Below are positions 10,407 to 20,903 of a stretch of 64,000 nucleotides of DNA, in pieces. Below the pieces are notes generated by a model. The model was not told the DNA's origin. It worked only from the letters and a program-made list of their open reading frames with translations, and made no database searches. Source of the stretch: a virus (lineage: Duplodnaviria > Caudoviricetes); the IMG/VR virus record IMGVR_UViG_3300028833_000064, positions 96,001 to 160,000 of that record; one strand, given 5' to 3'. The first letter of the stretch is position 1, and each line of letters starts with the position of its first letter. Both the position numbers and the translations under genes were made by a program.

Positions 10407-11417
10407 TTATCTTCCAGTATTTTTTATAACATCTGCAAATGTGAATACCGTCGGTGTTCCATCAACAATATGATATATCGACACTATATTCATACACAAA
10501 TTTGAATTTGCATCTACATTATATACGTATGGTTGAGTTAGAATTGCACCGTTGAAAAAGAAATATGTCGAAGTTTGGAAATTTGCAGGGTCTATTGTAA
10601 CGTTTATTGTCTCATTTGTGATATTGGCGTAATAAAGTCTCAACTTATTTCCGAATGACGGCATAGATTGGAATGAAACCGTCTCACTCGTTGTTCCTAT
10701 TATAAGAATCGTGTTGTAACCGGCAGCGTCAATGTTACTGCAAGAAACCAATGTCTTGTAGTTTGTAGATTGTGCATTTACATCACTTGCAGTGATTTCT
10801 GAACCAATCTGAACGTGACCATAAGAATCGGATGCAACCTTGACTGCATGTGGTGTTAAACCAACGGGTGCTATTTTGTGTGATATTATCAGATTGTTTT
10901 CCAACGTTCCACCACCACTCAATGCACCGGTTCCGGTTACACTTGTTGTTTTTGGTACATAACCGTTCAATGCAACAGCTGTTGCTTTACCCGTCATTGC
11001 CTTACTTTCATCTGTGTATGAATATGTGTTTGTCAATTCTGGTATGAGTGGTTGGTTTGTCAAATCATTATAACTGATTTTCAAATCACTTGTTGTTTTG
11101 TTTCCACTCAATGTAACTCCGTTTATCTGTGGTTGTGAAGACAAGCTGTTGTATGAACCACTTGTAGCAACATCGTTAAGGTTCAGATATCCCTTCAACA
11201 CAGGAATGGTGATTATATCGACACTTTCATTGTTGTTATTCCTATAAATGAACTTTCTGTTTTCGGTGTCAAATGCAACCGAAGTCACCTCAGATGCTTC
11301 ATCATTTTGTATGAGATACAATTCGTTTTGTTTAATCTTGTTTTTCCTTGACAATTCGTCAAAAATTGCCTTACTTTGCAATTTGTTTATAACAAGAGGT
11401 ACCTTTACTTCGTTCAT
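10407..11417 (-). CDS. putative virion fibre-related protein
   Basis: VATSGSYNSL, PQINGVTLSGNKT, SYNDLTNQP fibre-type repeats. Confidence 0.55.
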   Translation of the reverse strand: MNEVKVPLVINKLQSKAIFDELSRKNKIKQNELYLIQNDEASEVTSVAFDTENRKFIYRNNNNESVDIITIPVLKGYLNLNDVATSGSYNSLSSQPQINGVTLSGNKTTSDLKISYNDLTNQPLIPELTNTYSYTDESKAMTGKATAVALNGYVPKTTSVTGTGALSGGGTLENNLIISHKIAPVGLTPHAVKVASDSYGHVQIGSEITASDVNAQSTNYKTLVSCSNIDAAGYNTILIIGTTSETVSFQSMPSFGNKLRLYYANITNETINVTIDPANFQTSTYFFFNGAILTQPYVYNVDANSNLCMNIVSIYHIVDGTPTVFTFADVIKNTGR

Positions 11418-11422
11418 TTTAT

Positions 11423-12547
11423 TTAGACTTTAATTATTTTATAGTTTTTTGATGTTTCGAAAAGTCCGGATAGTGTCAACTGTTCGACCCATCTTCCGTC
11501 TATCTTCTTATACACTTTTGAACAAGGACTCCATACTCCGTCGACCTTTACATACATGGTTTCAATCAAACCGGATGAACCGTATAAAACCGTGTCTCTT
11601 GTTAGTGTGAATGTATATGGGTTGTCTGTGGAAACAAGTGTTGTTCTACCTTCGTTTGAAAACCAACCTTTAAATTCATATCTGTTGCTTGTTGATGTTG
11701 CAGTAACGATTACCTGTGTTCCGGTTTTCGCCTTGTTTGTTGAAGAAGACACATTCAGATTTTCATCACCATATACAGATACATTATACAGAAGTGTCCC
11801 TTTTGCATACAGTGTTGTATTTTGTGTTATGGTTGTTACGTATGTGGCGTCGGATGAAACTTTGTTATTTCCATCTGCATCACTATACCACCCGTCAAAT
11901 TCAAAATTGTCTTCTATTGTGGCCGTGAATGTCACCGTGTCACCATCAATAACTTCAGTTTCAGATACATTTACATTTTTTATACCGCTACCGTCAATAT
12001 AACTTGCTTGACAATCGAATACGTCTTCATATTCAATCGTTACGTTTGCTTGTGTCACCCTTATGATTGCTTCCGATTCCTTGTTGCTCGTTGCAGTGTA
12101 TGAACCACTTGTATAGACACCGATTACAACATTTGCATCATAGATTGACTGGTATATTGTGTTTAATCCTGATACATTCTGGTATGTGTTTGTAAATGTT
12201 TTATAGTTCTCTGTTACTGTATTGTCTGAACCCTTAACAAAATTACCACCATGTATTGATACAGATACCCCGCTTACGGGTGAATTTATATTTGCACCAC
12301 TTGTTGTATAAATAGAACGTATCAATGACGAAATACCGGTTATATATATTTTTCCGGTTATGTCGGTGTTGTCACACCTAAATGTGGATGTACGGTTTGA
12401 ATTGTTTGTTGTCAAATTATGATATATATAACTTGTACCATCATCCGATGTAACATCATTTATCAACACATAACCACTGCTACCACTGCTTGCACTATGT
12501 GTAAAAGATACATCGTTTGTTGGATAAAGTATTATACTTTTAGCCAT
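11423..12547 (-). CDS. InlB B-repeat/Bacteroides-repeat (Flg_new-like) domain protein
   Basis: Two FxGW(Y/F)S...LY(A/G) repeats; YVKVDGVW C-terminus. Confidence 0.7.
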   Translation of the reverse strand: MAKSIILYPTNDVSFTHSASSGSSGYVLINDVTSDDGTSYIYHNLTTNNSNRTSTFRCDNTDITGKIYITGISSLIRSIYTTSGANINSPVSGVSVSIHGGNFVKGSDNTVTENYKTFTNTYQNVSGLNTIYQSIYDANVVIGVYTSGSYTATSNKESEAIIRVTQANVTIEYEDVFDCQASYIDGSGIKNVNVSETEVIDGDTVTFTATIEDNFEFDGWYSDADGNNKVSSDATYVTTITQNTTLYAKGTLLYNVSVYGDENLNVSSSTNKAKTGTQVIVTATSTSNRYEFKGWFSNEGRTTLVSTDNPYTFTLTRDTVLYGSSGLIETMYVKVDGVWSPCSKVYKKIDGRWVEQLTLSGLFETSKNYKIIKV

Positions 12548-13239
12548 GATTCAACTTCAGTTTTAAGTATATTTTTCAAATTGTCAATATGTGGGAGACA
12601 ACCTGGTATCTTGTCTTTTATTATACCCAATTCATTTATGGTATCGTACATATCTATGATAGAGACATTTATTGCAAACATATACATATCGTTGTATGTA
12701 AAGTCAACAGTACCGGCGACTTTTTTCCCATTATACATAAAATCATTTCCATCCAATGACAGTTCTGGATAATATCCTTTCAAAAAATTAAATATTCTAT
12801 CTTTGAGTCTTTTGTTGCAATCATCACTTTCTGGTATTGCTATACAGAATCGGAAATCCCTTTCGTCTGTTATTATTATACCACCGTTCTCATAACCACA
12901 TCTGAAACAATCAAGTCCATATTGTGAGAATCTTTCATCATCGGTAAATCCAAACGGTACGAGTGCAAACGGTTTGTCGTATTCAACAAAGAAACAAAAC
13001 GGTATTGCATTTTGGTAGTTTTGGTATGCAAGTGGTTGTAACACTGTTGCCGAATCTGTTACGGGTGTTATATTATATATTTTTATACTGTAATAAAACT
13101 TGTCTCTTCTGAATTCATCCAAGTCGTCATATCCGGCAATAATCAGATATTCGAAAATATTTGCTTTATTGTTTCCATTGACAACCTTTTCTTGCAGATA
13201 TTCTTGTTCTTTCTGCATTGCTAATTCTATGTTCTTCAT
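12532..13239 (-). CDS. lipoate-protein ligase/BPL-fold-like protein
   Basis: GGIII and GNDFMYNGKKVAG...INV motifs. Confidence 0.6.
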   Translation of the reverse strand: MKNIELAMQKEQEYLQEKVVNGNNKANIFEYLIIAGYDDLDEFRRDKFYYSIKIYNITPVTDSATVLQPLAYQNYQNAIPFCFFVEYDKPFALVPFGFTDDERFSQYGLDCFRCGYENGGIIITDERDFRFCIAIPESDDCNKRLKDRIFNFLKGYYPELSLDGNDFMYNGKKVAGTVDFTYNDMYMFAINVSIIDMYDTINELGIIKDKIPGCLPHIDNLKNILKTEVESWLKV

Positions 13240-13240
13240 T

Positions 13241-13555
13241 TTAACTTCTTAAATATATGTCTCCATCGTTACCGAGATTTGCATTAGGTTCTGTAGTTCC
13301 GTAGTAAAAATTGTTTATCTTAACGTTTCCTAAAACCTCGTTTCCATTTGCCCAAGCCGAATATCCTTCAATTATTTCGTTTGGAGATGCAATGTTGTAT
13401 CCGGTTGTTTGTGTTCCATCTGATGTGAAATTTCCTTCAACACCCAATATTGTCACTCCGGATTTGATGTTCTCTTCGATGATGGTTGAACCATCACCTT
13501 CGACAAACATAACATTAACACTCTTTATTTTATCTTGACCCAAATATAAACTCAT
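13241..13555 (-). CDS. small fibre-associated protein
   Basis: NIKSGVTILGVEG and GNDGDIYL motifs. Confidence 0.55.
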   Translation of the reverse strand: MSLYLGQDKIKSVNVMFVEGDGSTIIEENIKSGVTILGVEGNFTSDGTQTTGYNIASPNEIIEGYSAWANGNEVLGNVKINNFYYGTTEPNANLGNDGDIYLRS

Positions 13556-13566
13556 ATTCTTATAAT

Positions 13567-14718
13567 TTAAATTGTTTGAATATCATCGTTTGTCCAAGTT
13601 CTTATTGTTGTCAAATTCTGCTCAACGTAGTTCTTTACATTGTTTGCTGTTGCAATACCATCGTTTGAACTGCTTGAACTTGATATGTCTTTTGTTTTAA
13701 GACTTGAAGTCAATGTCGATGTTAAAACTCCATCTGTTGTAGAGTTTGACACACTTACACTTATATAATCATTGCTTCCATTTGTTATTGGTGTTTCTCC
13801 AATTATTGAATTTATAACAACTGGAAGTGATATGTCTCCACTTGTTGAAGGTGTGTATGTTTTTCCGTTTATAGTTACGGATTTTACATAACCACTCAAA
13901 TCTATTGTTGTTGTACTAATGTCGACCCACTTGTAACTAGTACCACTCTGCACCGTCATAATTTGGTGGTAGTCACCAGTATATGATGTTGTTTTACAGA
14001 GATATATTCTGTTCATTGTGTTTTCACTTGCAGTGAGATTACCAGTACGTATCTGATTCGTGTCATAATAATGTGAATACCCAACAGGACAAGTTTCATT
14101 GCTGCTTGGTTCAATGTATTGAATCTGTCTTGACGAAAGTGTTACAAGTCTTGAATCAATGTCTGATATTGATGTCTGCACATCCGATGTTTCAGAATTA
14201 TATATTATGGACACATCTGTAGCATTACCGGTTGTTGCAACCTTCGACAGTGTAATGGTATTTGAGGTATTGTTCGATATGATACCGTTACTTTCGTTTA
14301 TTGAAGATTTTATTGAAACAACACCATTGTTGTCTGATGCTATTGTTATATCATTATCAAGACTATATATTGCATCGTCGACAGCTTTTGTTATCGAGCC
14401 ATTTCCTGTACCCGTTATTGTTGCAATAGAAACACCGTTTTGATTTATGTCGTCTCTCAATTTACTCAAAAGACTCGATGGTTCGTTTGCACTTGTGTCA
14501 TCTGTCAAGTTCAATGAAATCACAGAACCGTTTATGTCTGTAATTTGTAATGTTTTATTTGAATTGTTATATGTTGCAGATTTTACATTTGAACCAAATC
14601 TTTCACCACTTACCAATATGGTCTTTGTTATTGTATCAAATACAACAACACCTTCGATATTGTCTGTTGAACTGTTATATTCTTTTTTTCTTAATCTTAC
14701 ACTAACGTTATCGGCCAT
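13567..14718 (-). CDS. putative virion fibre-related protein
   Basis: Ser/Thr-rich; N-terminal RLRKKEYN...GVVVFD segment resembles the internal RFRKKEYN...GVIIFD segment of the LRR protein. Confidence 0.55.
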   Translation of the reverse strand: MADNVSVRLRKKEYNSSTDNIEGVVVFDTITKTILVSGERFGSNVKSATYNNSNKTLQITDINGSVISLNLTDDTSANEPSSLLSKLRDDINQNGVSIATITGTGNGSITKAVDDAIYSLDNDITIASDNNGVVSIKSSINESNGIISNNTSNTITLSKVATTGNATDVSIIYNSETSDVQTSISDIDSRLVTLSSRQIQYIEPSSNETCPVGYSHYYDTNQIRTGNLTASENTMNRIYLCKTTSYTGDYHQIMTVQSGTSYKWVDISTTTIDLSGYVKSVTINGKTYTPSTSGDISLPVVINSIIGETPITNGSNDYISVSVSNSTTDGVLTSTLTSSLKTKDISSSSSSNDGIATANNVKNYVEQNLTTIRTWTNDDIQTI

Positions 14719-14832
14719 TATTGATTGTTATTTTTTATATAAAAAAGAATCATACCCAACAATTATTGTCAGATATGATTCTTTTTTATCCAACTTTGCT
14801 ATAATATATTTATGCAATGTTGTAGAATTTTG

Positions 14833-15330
14833 TTAGCGATTTTTGGCACAGTAACCAGTTTCCATCACACGTTCCAAAGCTTCTCCTTCAGCAAGTACAA
14901 CTTGAATGAAATGGTCTGCCGACATCTCAAAGACGGTGGAAATTGCACAGAACACACCATGAATTTCTGTCATGATTTTCCAAGCGGTACTCTGTGATTT
15001 ATACTTCGCCTTGGTCATGGCGACATTGTAACCATATTCCTCACTATACGGGTCTCCACTATCACTTCTGTGAATTGTCTCACCCTTGAATCTTCTTGTC
15101 CAACCACCGAGTTTGTAATCATACTTGAAACCATACTTTTCAAGAATGTTTCTAATAAACTCTGGGACTTCTTTAAAACCGAGTTCGGCAAGTTCCTTAT
15201 TCAACTTGGTTTCTTTGAAAATGCATGGGATACTTACAATCGTTTTTGTATAAGTGATTCCATCGATTTCTTGTTTTACTACTTTTACGCTTTTTTTCTT
15301 CTCGTCGTAAGTAAGTTTGATTCTGTTCAT
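14833..15330 (-). CDS. hypothetical protein
   Basis: Long ORF in the gene-dense strand. Confidence 0.6.
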   Translation of the reverse strand: MNRIKLTYDEKKKSVKVVKQEIDGITYTKTIVSIPCIFKETKLNKELAELGFKEVPEFIRNILEKYGFKYDYKLGGWTRRFKGETIHRSDSGDPYSEEYGYNVAMTKAKYKSQSTAWKIMTEIHGVFCAISTVFEMSADHFIQVVLAEGEALERVMETGYCAKNR

Positions 15331-15354
15331 TTTTCTAAATATTTAATTAAACTT

Positions 15355-15840
15355 TTAATAAAAAATTTCTTGAAGATTATCAACACACACGTCCGTACAT
15401 ATATCATCCACATAAAATGTGACATCTACTCCAATTGTATGGGGATATTCACCATCTGCTTCATACTCTCTATATTGAACAATAAAACCACCACATTTTA
15501 TTGTACATTTTCTATCAATCGCTTCATCGATAAGTTTGAACATACATTTTTTAATCTCATCTACCGTTGGAATACCGGATTCTGCATCTGCCCAATTCCA
15601 TCCAACATTTTCCATGTGATTGTGTATCTTTACGAGGTCTATTTCTCTAAGACAGTTCTCTTTTATTTTTCTTTTAATATCCTCTATGTTTTCAACTTGT
15701 GTATTAATCTTTGTTTTACAATAAGGACATTCAACAAGACCGAAATCAATGTCTGACTTTTCATATGTGAATACACATCCACATTTTTTACAAGTCATTT
15801 CAATGGGATTACTTCCTTTTTTTATTATGTTTATCGCCAT
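15355..15840 (-). CDS. zinc-ribbon hypothetical protein
   Basis: CKKC...CPYC. Confidence 0.6.
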   Translation of the reverse strand: MAINIIKKGSNPIEMTCKKCGCVFTYEKSDIDFGLVECPYCKTKINTQVENIEDIKRKIKENCLREIDLVKIHNHMENVGWNWADAESGIPTVDEIKKCMFKLIDEAIDRKCTIKCGGFIVQYREYEADGEYPHTIGVDVTFYVDDICTDVCVDNLQEIFY

Positions 15841-15945
15841 ATCTAAGCTCCATTTATTCTAAATATAACAAATTATTTTCCTATTTTCATCAAAATACTA
15901 ATAATTTCTTCATTTATTTCTTCCAATAATTCATTGGATAATATT

Positions 15946-17667
15946 TTAGTCAAATCTTCCATCTTTTCCATAAAAATAGATAACCGTTGGGAACCTAAGT
16001 GATATACCTCCTTGCATATTATTTGTTTCCTCAAAATATTGAACCTTAACAATAGAACCTTTGATTTCTTCGGGATGGTCGTGTAGATATTCTCGTTCCT
16101 CTTTCGAAAATCCAGAACCAACTTTGACATCAAATCCTTTGTGTTTGATTACAATAGCCGAGAGAACCTCTTTTTCTACTTGACGACCTTCTTCTACAAA
16201 TCTCATATTTCCCATCTCATAGTCAACAACCTCATATTCATTGTCAAAGAAACCTTTTACCTTTAACAAATTATTTGTTCTACCACACTCATAAGGAACA
16301 TCCTTTCTAATCATAAGACCTTCCCAACCTCTTTCACGTGACTTTGCAAATTGTTTCATCAAATCCTCCTTTGATTCAACCTTTGTCTGCTCTACAAGAT
16401 TGAAATTTTCACCAATAACACCACCATTCTCTAAGAAAAATCTTTTCAACTTTTCATATCTTTCTGTGAATTTGGGACTTATTGTACGACCAAAGAACTC
16501 ATCTTCTGTCAAAATGTCAAACACTTTCATAACCGGATGCTCTATGGTATAGTTTTTCTTCGTGATTACTTTCATAATCTCTTGAAAATTCTCGTTACCG
16601 TCTTTATCCACGATGCAGACTTCACCATCCAATACAAAATCACCGGAAACGTTTTGAATAATATTTCTAATAACATCGAGAGTTTTTATTTCCTTGCCTT
16701 GTCTAGAGAAACATACGACACCCCTTTTATTTTTAATGAGAATCAAACGATTACCGTCAAGTTTTCTGGACCATAACCACACCTCACGTAAAAAGTCTAC
16801 CTTATCCTCACGGTCAAAGTACTTGTTAGCAAGGGCGACATACTCAGTGAACGGAAGTTTTACGGGAAACACTTTCGCCATAGTTTTTACATTCACACCA
16901 CATTTGAAGTCTTTGTCGAGAATCATCTTGAACATTTTAACAGATTTTTCACCATAATCTCTATCCAACATATCGACAAACTTCTTTGTTGTTGCCAATG
17001 CAGTGTCACCGGTTAGTCTTCTTTTTGACAAATCGTCAAGAAGTGTCATAAATTCACTATATATGTTTCCGACCGTATCTTTTGAGAAATCGTCAACTTT
17101 TTCAGATGTTATTCCAAACGTGATGTCACCATCATATATATAATTTAAAATCTTATTATAATATAACATTCTGTCAATATAGACATCACTGTTTTTAAAA
17201 CGTGTCAAAATATCAATTTTCAACTTGGTGGATGAAATTGATGCAAGACTCTCATGTAAATTATAAAGTGTTTCAAGAAATAAATTTACATCAACAATTT
17301 TATTCTGTGTTGCATTGATTGAAATTATACTATCTATTACCGTGAGTTCCTCACCGGTTTCTTCATTTATTTCTTTATGACAGTAACCTGTTGGAAAAAA
17401 TCTGAAATAATTTGGAGATTTTTCAATCGTCTGTTTAAATGCAGTACCTTCAGCAGTGCATTCAATTGGAGTTATGTCACCAACAATTGTGTTGTCTTCA
17501 TTCTTATAGATTTCGTTAACCATATATCCTGAATGTTTCAATCGTATTGTTGGTTCTGGATGGTCTATCGTACCAACACAATCTCCCCTTTTAACCCTTT
17601 CAACAAATTCTGACATAACTTTATCAGGAATTTTAAAGTTTTTTCCAAGTTCTATGTTTATTTTCAT
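15946..17667 (-). CDS. ATP-dependent DNA ligase with an N-terminal extra domain
   Basis: KLDGNR, LDGEV, WEGLMIR, LLKVK, VGSGFS, SLRFP. Confidence 0.93.
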   Translation of the reverse strand: MKINIELGKNFKIPDKVMSEFVERVKRGDCVGTIDHPEPTIRLKHSGYMVNEIYKNEDNTIVGDITPIECTAEGTAFKQTIEKSPNYFRFFPTGYCHKEINEETGEELTVIDSIISINATQNKIVDVNLFLETLYNLHESLASISSTKLKIDILTRFKNSDVYIDRMLYYNKILNYIYDGDITFGITSEKVDDFSKDTVGNIYSEFMTLLDDLSKRRLTGDTALATTKKFVDMLDRDYGEKSVKMFKMILDKDFKCGVNVKTMAKVFPVKLPFTEYVALANKYFDREDKVDFLREVWLWSRKLDGNRLILIKNKRGVVCFSRQGKEIKTLDVIRNIIQNVSGDFVLDGEVCIVDKDGNENFQEIMKVITKKNYTIEHPVMKVFDILTEDEFFGRTISPKFTERYEKLKRFFLENGGVIGENFNLVEQTKVESKEDLMKQFAKSRERGWEGLMIRKDVPYECGRTNNLLKVKGFFDNEYEVVDYEMGNMRFVEEGRQVEKEVLSAIVIKHKGFDVKVGSGFSKEEREYLHDHPEEIKGSIVKVQYFEETNNMQGGISLRFPTVIYFYGKDGRFD

Positions 17668-18410
17668 TTTTCGTAATTAAAATCTGTTATGATGAATGGT
17701 GAACCATCCGTCTTATATTTTTTATAATCATCATCAGTAAAACAATTACTTACTGCACAGTCAAGACAGACATACATATCACTATCCAAACCATTCAATA
17801 TGTTTTTGTCATTTATATCCATAACTTTATGGAAGTTGTAATACACTTTTACAGAATCTGGATACCAAAACAAATCACATCTATTTTCTTTTTTGAGTTT
17901 TTGATACCATTGATATGTTAAATTAGTTGTACCGAAGTTACCATACCCTTTTCCAAAAACATTATCACCATCTCGTCCATAGAATACACCGGGATGGATA
18001 CGATTTAATCCAAGAAACTTCTTATAGTTTGGTTTATTTTTACAGAAGTATCCTTCTCCACTCCATCCTTCAACAATATCAATTTCGGGTGGCCAATTGT
18101 CCCATCCACTTAACCAAATTGCCGGCCACAGATGTACACCGATGGGTAGTATGTATTTAAACTCAAAGTGTCCGAATCTGAATCTTTCCAAAGTTGATAT
18201 ATATCCACATCCATATGGTTTTGTGTGATTGATATCTCCATCGAAATATTTTGCATCATCCACAACACTTAAAATTAAGTTATCGTTATGGTCTTTTTTT
18301 ACACAATCTTCATTAGAGTACCATAACTGGTTTTTATCTGAATGGGCGACACCCCAAGGTTGTCCGTTCATCCATCCATAACCTTTCCAATCAAATAATT
18401 TTTCAAACAT
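17664..18410 (-). CDS. glycoside hydrolase family 16
   Basis: WPAIWL...PPEIDIVE catalytic motif. Confidence 0.88.
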   Translation of the reverse strand: MFEKLFDWKGYGWMNGQPWGVAHSDKNQLWYSNEDCVKKDHNDNLILSVVDDAKYFDGDINHTKPYGCGYISTLERFRFGHFEFKYILPIGVHLWPAIWLSGWDNWPPEIDIVEGWSGEGYFCKNKPNYKKFLGLNRIHPGVFYGRDGDNVFGKGYGNFGTTNLTYQWYQKLKKENRCDLFWYPDSVKVYYNFHKVMDINDKNILNGLDSDMYVCLDCAVSNCFTDDDYKKYKTDGSPFIITDFNYEK

Positions 18411-18411
18411 A

Positions 18412-19539
18412 TTAAAACAATGATATTTTATATTTTTTATCTATAAACATTCTCTTAAAAATGAAATAAAGTACTGATACGACTATACTGTTACCGGCAA
18501 GTTTTAGACATTGTGACCTAGGTGTGACTTCCATGATTTTGTCTATGTCTGATTCATCAACATCCATCAACCTGAAATTTTCTCTAGGTGTAAAATATCT
18601 GACTTTTAAACAATGGTCTATATTGTCAAATGTCACCTTATCATATTCATTTTCGATTGGTTCTATAAGAATGTTATCCTTTAGTACGGTAGTTACTGTA
18701 TTTGCACAACAATTTTCACCAATGTCATAATACTTGGAACCACTTCTGAACTTTGCACCATTGTCTCCGAAATTATGTCGTCTCAACTTCTCCTCATCCG
18801 TCCTTCTCATCTTCAATACTTGTGGATATTTTATTTCCATATTGTTAAGACGACAACCGACAGGTCTGTTTTCTATGGCATATTTGAACATCTCAACCAA
18901 TGTTTCTTTTTTAAAATAATCGTCTGTTGGAACGTTTTCCTCAATGATGTCAAAAACGTGTTTTTTTAGTTCAACACCAGATGGGAACTCAAACCATTCA
19001 TCACCGAGAATAGATACCATAAAGACACGTTTTCTTGATTGTGGAACACCATAGTCCATAGAGTTCAACATTTTGAAAAAGTTTTGATACCCATAAGACT
19101 CAAGTATGTCACACCATTTGTTAAAATTTTTTTTGTGTTTCTTCGACAGAATGTTGTCAACATTCTCCATTAATAGATACTTCGGTCTTTTTATCTCAAC
19201 CGTTTTTCTACATTCCCACAACAATGACGAGCGTGTACCGGCACCCTCTACGAAACCCTTTCCGAACCCACCGATTGAAATATCTTGACATGGAAAACTA
19301 TATGTGAATAAATCAAAGTCCGGAACATCGTTCCAATCTATTTTCGAAATATCCCCATAGTTTTTATCGACAGAATCTGGAAACAGGGCGTTATGGGCAT
19401 TTATTGCATATCTATCTATCTCACTCCATCCAACCAAATCATAATCGAATAAATCGGGGAAGTCTCGCTTCAGTCTATCCAAAGCGAGACATTGACTGTC
19501 ATATCCACTAAATGCAGTAAATACCCTTATTTTATTCAT
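18412..19539 (-). CDS. dcm: DNA cytosine-5 methyltransferase
   Basis: FSGYD, FPCQ, ENV, PQSRKR, GNS. Confidence 0.93.
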   Translation of the reverse strand: MNKIRVFTAFSGYDSQCLALDRLKRDFPDLFDYDLVGWSEIDRYAINAHNALFPDSVDKNYGDISKIDWNDVPDFDLFTYSFPCQDISIGGFGKGFVEGAGTRSSLLWECRKTVEIKRPKYLLMENVDNILSKKHKKNFNKWCDILESYGYQNFFKMLNSMDYGVPQSRKRVFMVSILGDEWFEFPSGVELKKHVFDIIEENVPTDDYFKKETLVEMFKYAIENRPVGCRLNNMEIKYPQVLKMRRTDEEKLRRHNFGDNGAKFRSGSKYYDIGENCCANTVTTVLKDNILIEPIENEYDKVTFDNIDHCLKVRYFTPRENFRLMDVDESDIDKIMEVTPRSQCLKLAGNSIVVSVLYFIFKRMFIDKKYKISLF

Positions 19540-20069
19540 TTTCTTTTATTCAATTTTTCCAATACAATATCGAGGATTGATTTGTATCCGTCAACATTTC
19601 CATTTATAATCATGTATGGAATTTCACTTTCATCAAGTGTGTTCTTAATCTTATCGTCAATATTCTTTGCCTCATCCTCGTTCTGAAATCTTCCATTTTG
19701 GTCATAAGGAACAGTTCTTTTCAACAACACGTTGATATTGTTTTCCTCATACTTGTTAAACTCTTCGAGAACTGCTGCTTTAAGTACTTTGGATTCGTCA
19801 TACACCATACTTATAGCAATTGGTGAATCGGTGATAATAACATCAACTTTTCCAAAGCATCTTGAAATTTTGAAAGCCTGTTTACCGGCGATATAAAACT
19901 CACACTTGAAAACTTCTCCATTATTTTCCCACACTTTGTCTTTTGCAAACTCAGAGACATACTCACAGTCTATTCCGTTTAATTTAAGTTGTGAAAACAA
20001 CCAAGATGCACCGGTGGTCTTGCCACAACCAGGACCGGCGAAAAAATTTACAACGATTGTATCTTTCAT
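19536..20069 (-). CDS. P-loop NTPase/kinase (AAA_28-like)
   Basis: GPGCGKTT, TDSP. Confidence 0.7.
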   Translation of the reverse strand: MKDTIVVNFFAGPGCGKTTGASWLFSQLKLNGIDCEYVSEFAKDKVWENNGEVFKCEFYIAGKQAFKISRCFGKVDVIITDSPIAISMVYDESKVLKAAVLEEFNKYEENNINVLLKRTVPYDQNGRFQNEDEAKNIDDKIKNTLDESEIPYMIINGNVDGYKSILDIVLEKLNKRK

Positions 20070-20072
20070 AAA

Positions 20073-20570
20073 TTACAGATTTAATTTTTTATATGCTATT
20101 TTTAATTCATTTTCAATATCATTCACCAAATCGGAATACTTTCTTATTTCTTCCAAGTTTTTTCTATCCGGAAGCAATCCAAGTTTAGATAACTGCCTAA
20201 TCGTCTTGTTACTTTCATCAAATGAACGTAGTGTGGAGATTATTCTTTCAATCTCATCCTTTGCATCCAATTTGGCAGCGTGTTTTGTGTAATGAGAACA
20301 CTCCCAGTCAATGACCATTGCATCCCAGTCTGCATGTTTGGTTCCATGTAGAAATACATATAGAAGATGATGACGACTGTGTTTGTTATGGAACATTTGT
20401 ACTTTGTCATAACTCATAAACAGTCTCATCCAAGGCTTGTACCAATCGTGAAATAAATATTTGAATTTCCATTGGTGACAATTGAGGGCGACCATCTGAA
20501 AAGAACACCAATGGGCGAACCAGTATGGGAACGAACTCCTATCTTCTTTTGTAAAACCGTACTTTTTCAT
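20073..20570 (-). CDS. HD-like metal-binding protein
   Basis: HD...H...HH...DW pattern. Confidence 0.5.
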   Translation of the reverse strand: MKKYGFTKEDRSSFPYWFAHWCSFQMVALNCHQWKFKYLFHDWYKPWMRLFMSYDKVQMFHNKHSRHHLLYVFLHGTKHADWDAMVIDWECSHYTKHAAKLDAKDEIERIISTLRSFDESNKTIRQLSKLGLLPDRKNLEEIRKYSDLVNDIENELKIAYKKLNL

Positions 20571-20640
20571 AACATATTAAATATAACAAAAATGGAGAAA
20601 GAAGTAAATTCTTTCTCCATTTTTGTTTTAGTTATTTTTG

Positions 20641-20713
20641 AGTTCCGTGAGGGATTCGAACCCCCGTGCCAGGTTTTGCAGACCCGTGCCTGAACCGACT
20701 CGGCCAACGGAAC
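20641..20713 (-). tRNA. tRNA-Cys(GCA)
   Basis: Cloverleaf, loop CTGCAAA. Confidence 0.9.
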
Positions 20714-20720
20714 ATTTTAG

Positions 20721-20792
20721 TTCACCCATCAGGATTCGAACCCGAATCAACTGGTCCGTAGCCAGTCGTTCTATCCATTGAACTATGGGTGA
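20721..20792 (-). tRNA. tRNA-Arg(ACG)
   Basis: Cloverleaf, loop CTACGGA. Confidence 0.9.
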
Positions 20793-20798
20793 ATTTTG

Positions 20799-20871
20799 TA
20801 CCCCCGCTGGGACTCGAACCCAAGTTTCCACCTTGAGAGGGTGGCGTCCTAACCGATTAGACGACGGGGGC
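20799..20871 (-). tRNA. tRNA-Glu(CTC)
   Basis: Cloverleaf, loop CTCTCAA. Confidence 0.9.
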
Positions 20872-20903
20872 AAGTTTCCCACACGAATGTGGGATTGTTT
20901 GTA

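Noticed and set aside
14745-14785. AAGAATCATAC..TATGATTCTT hairpin resembling the module helix
   Set aside because: Lacks CAGCAA; flanking A/T runs fit an intrinsic terminator.
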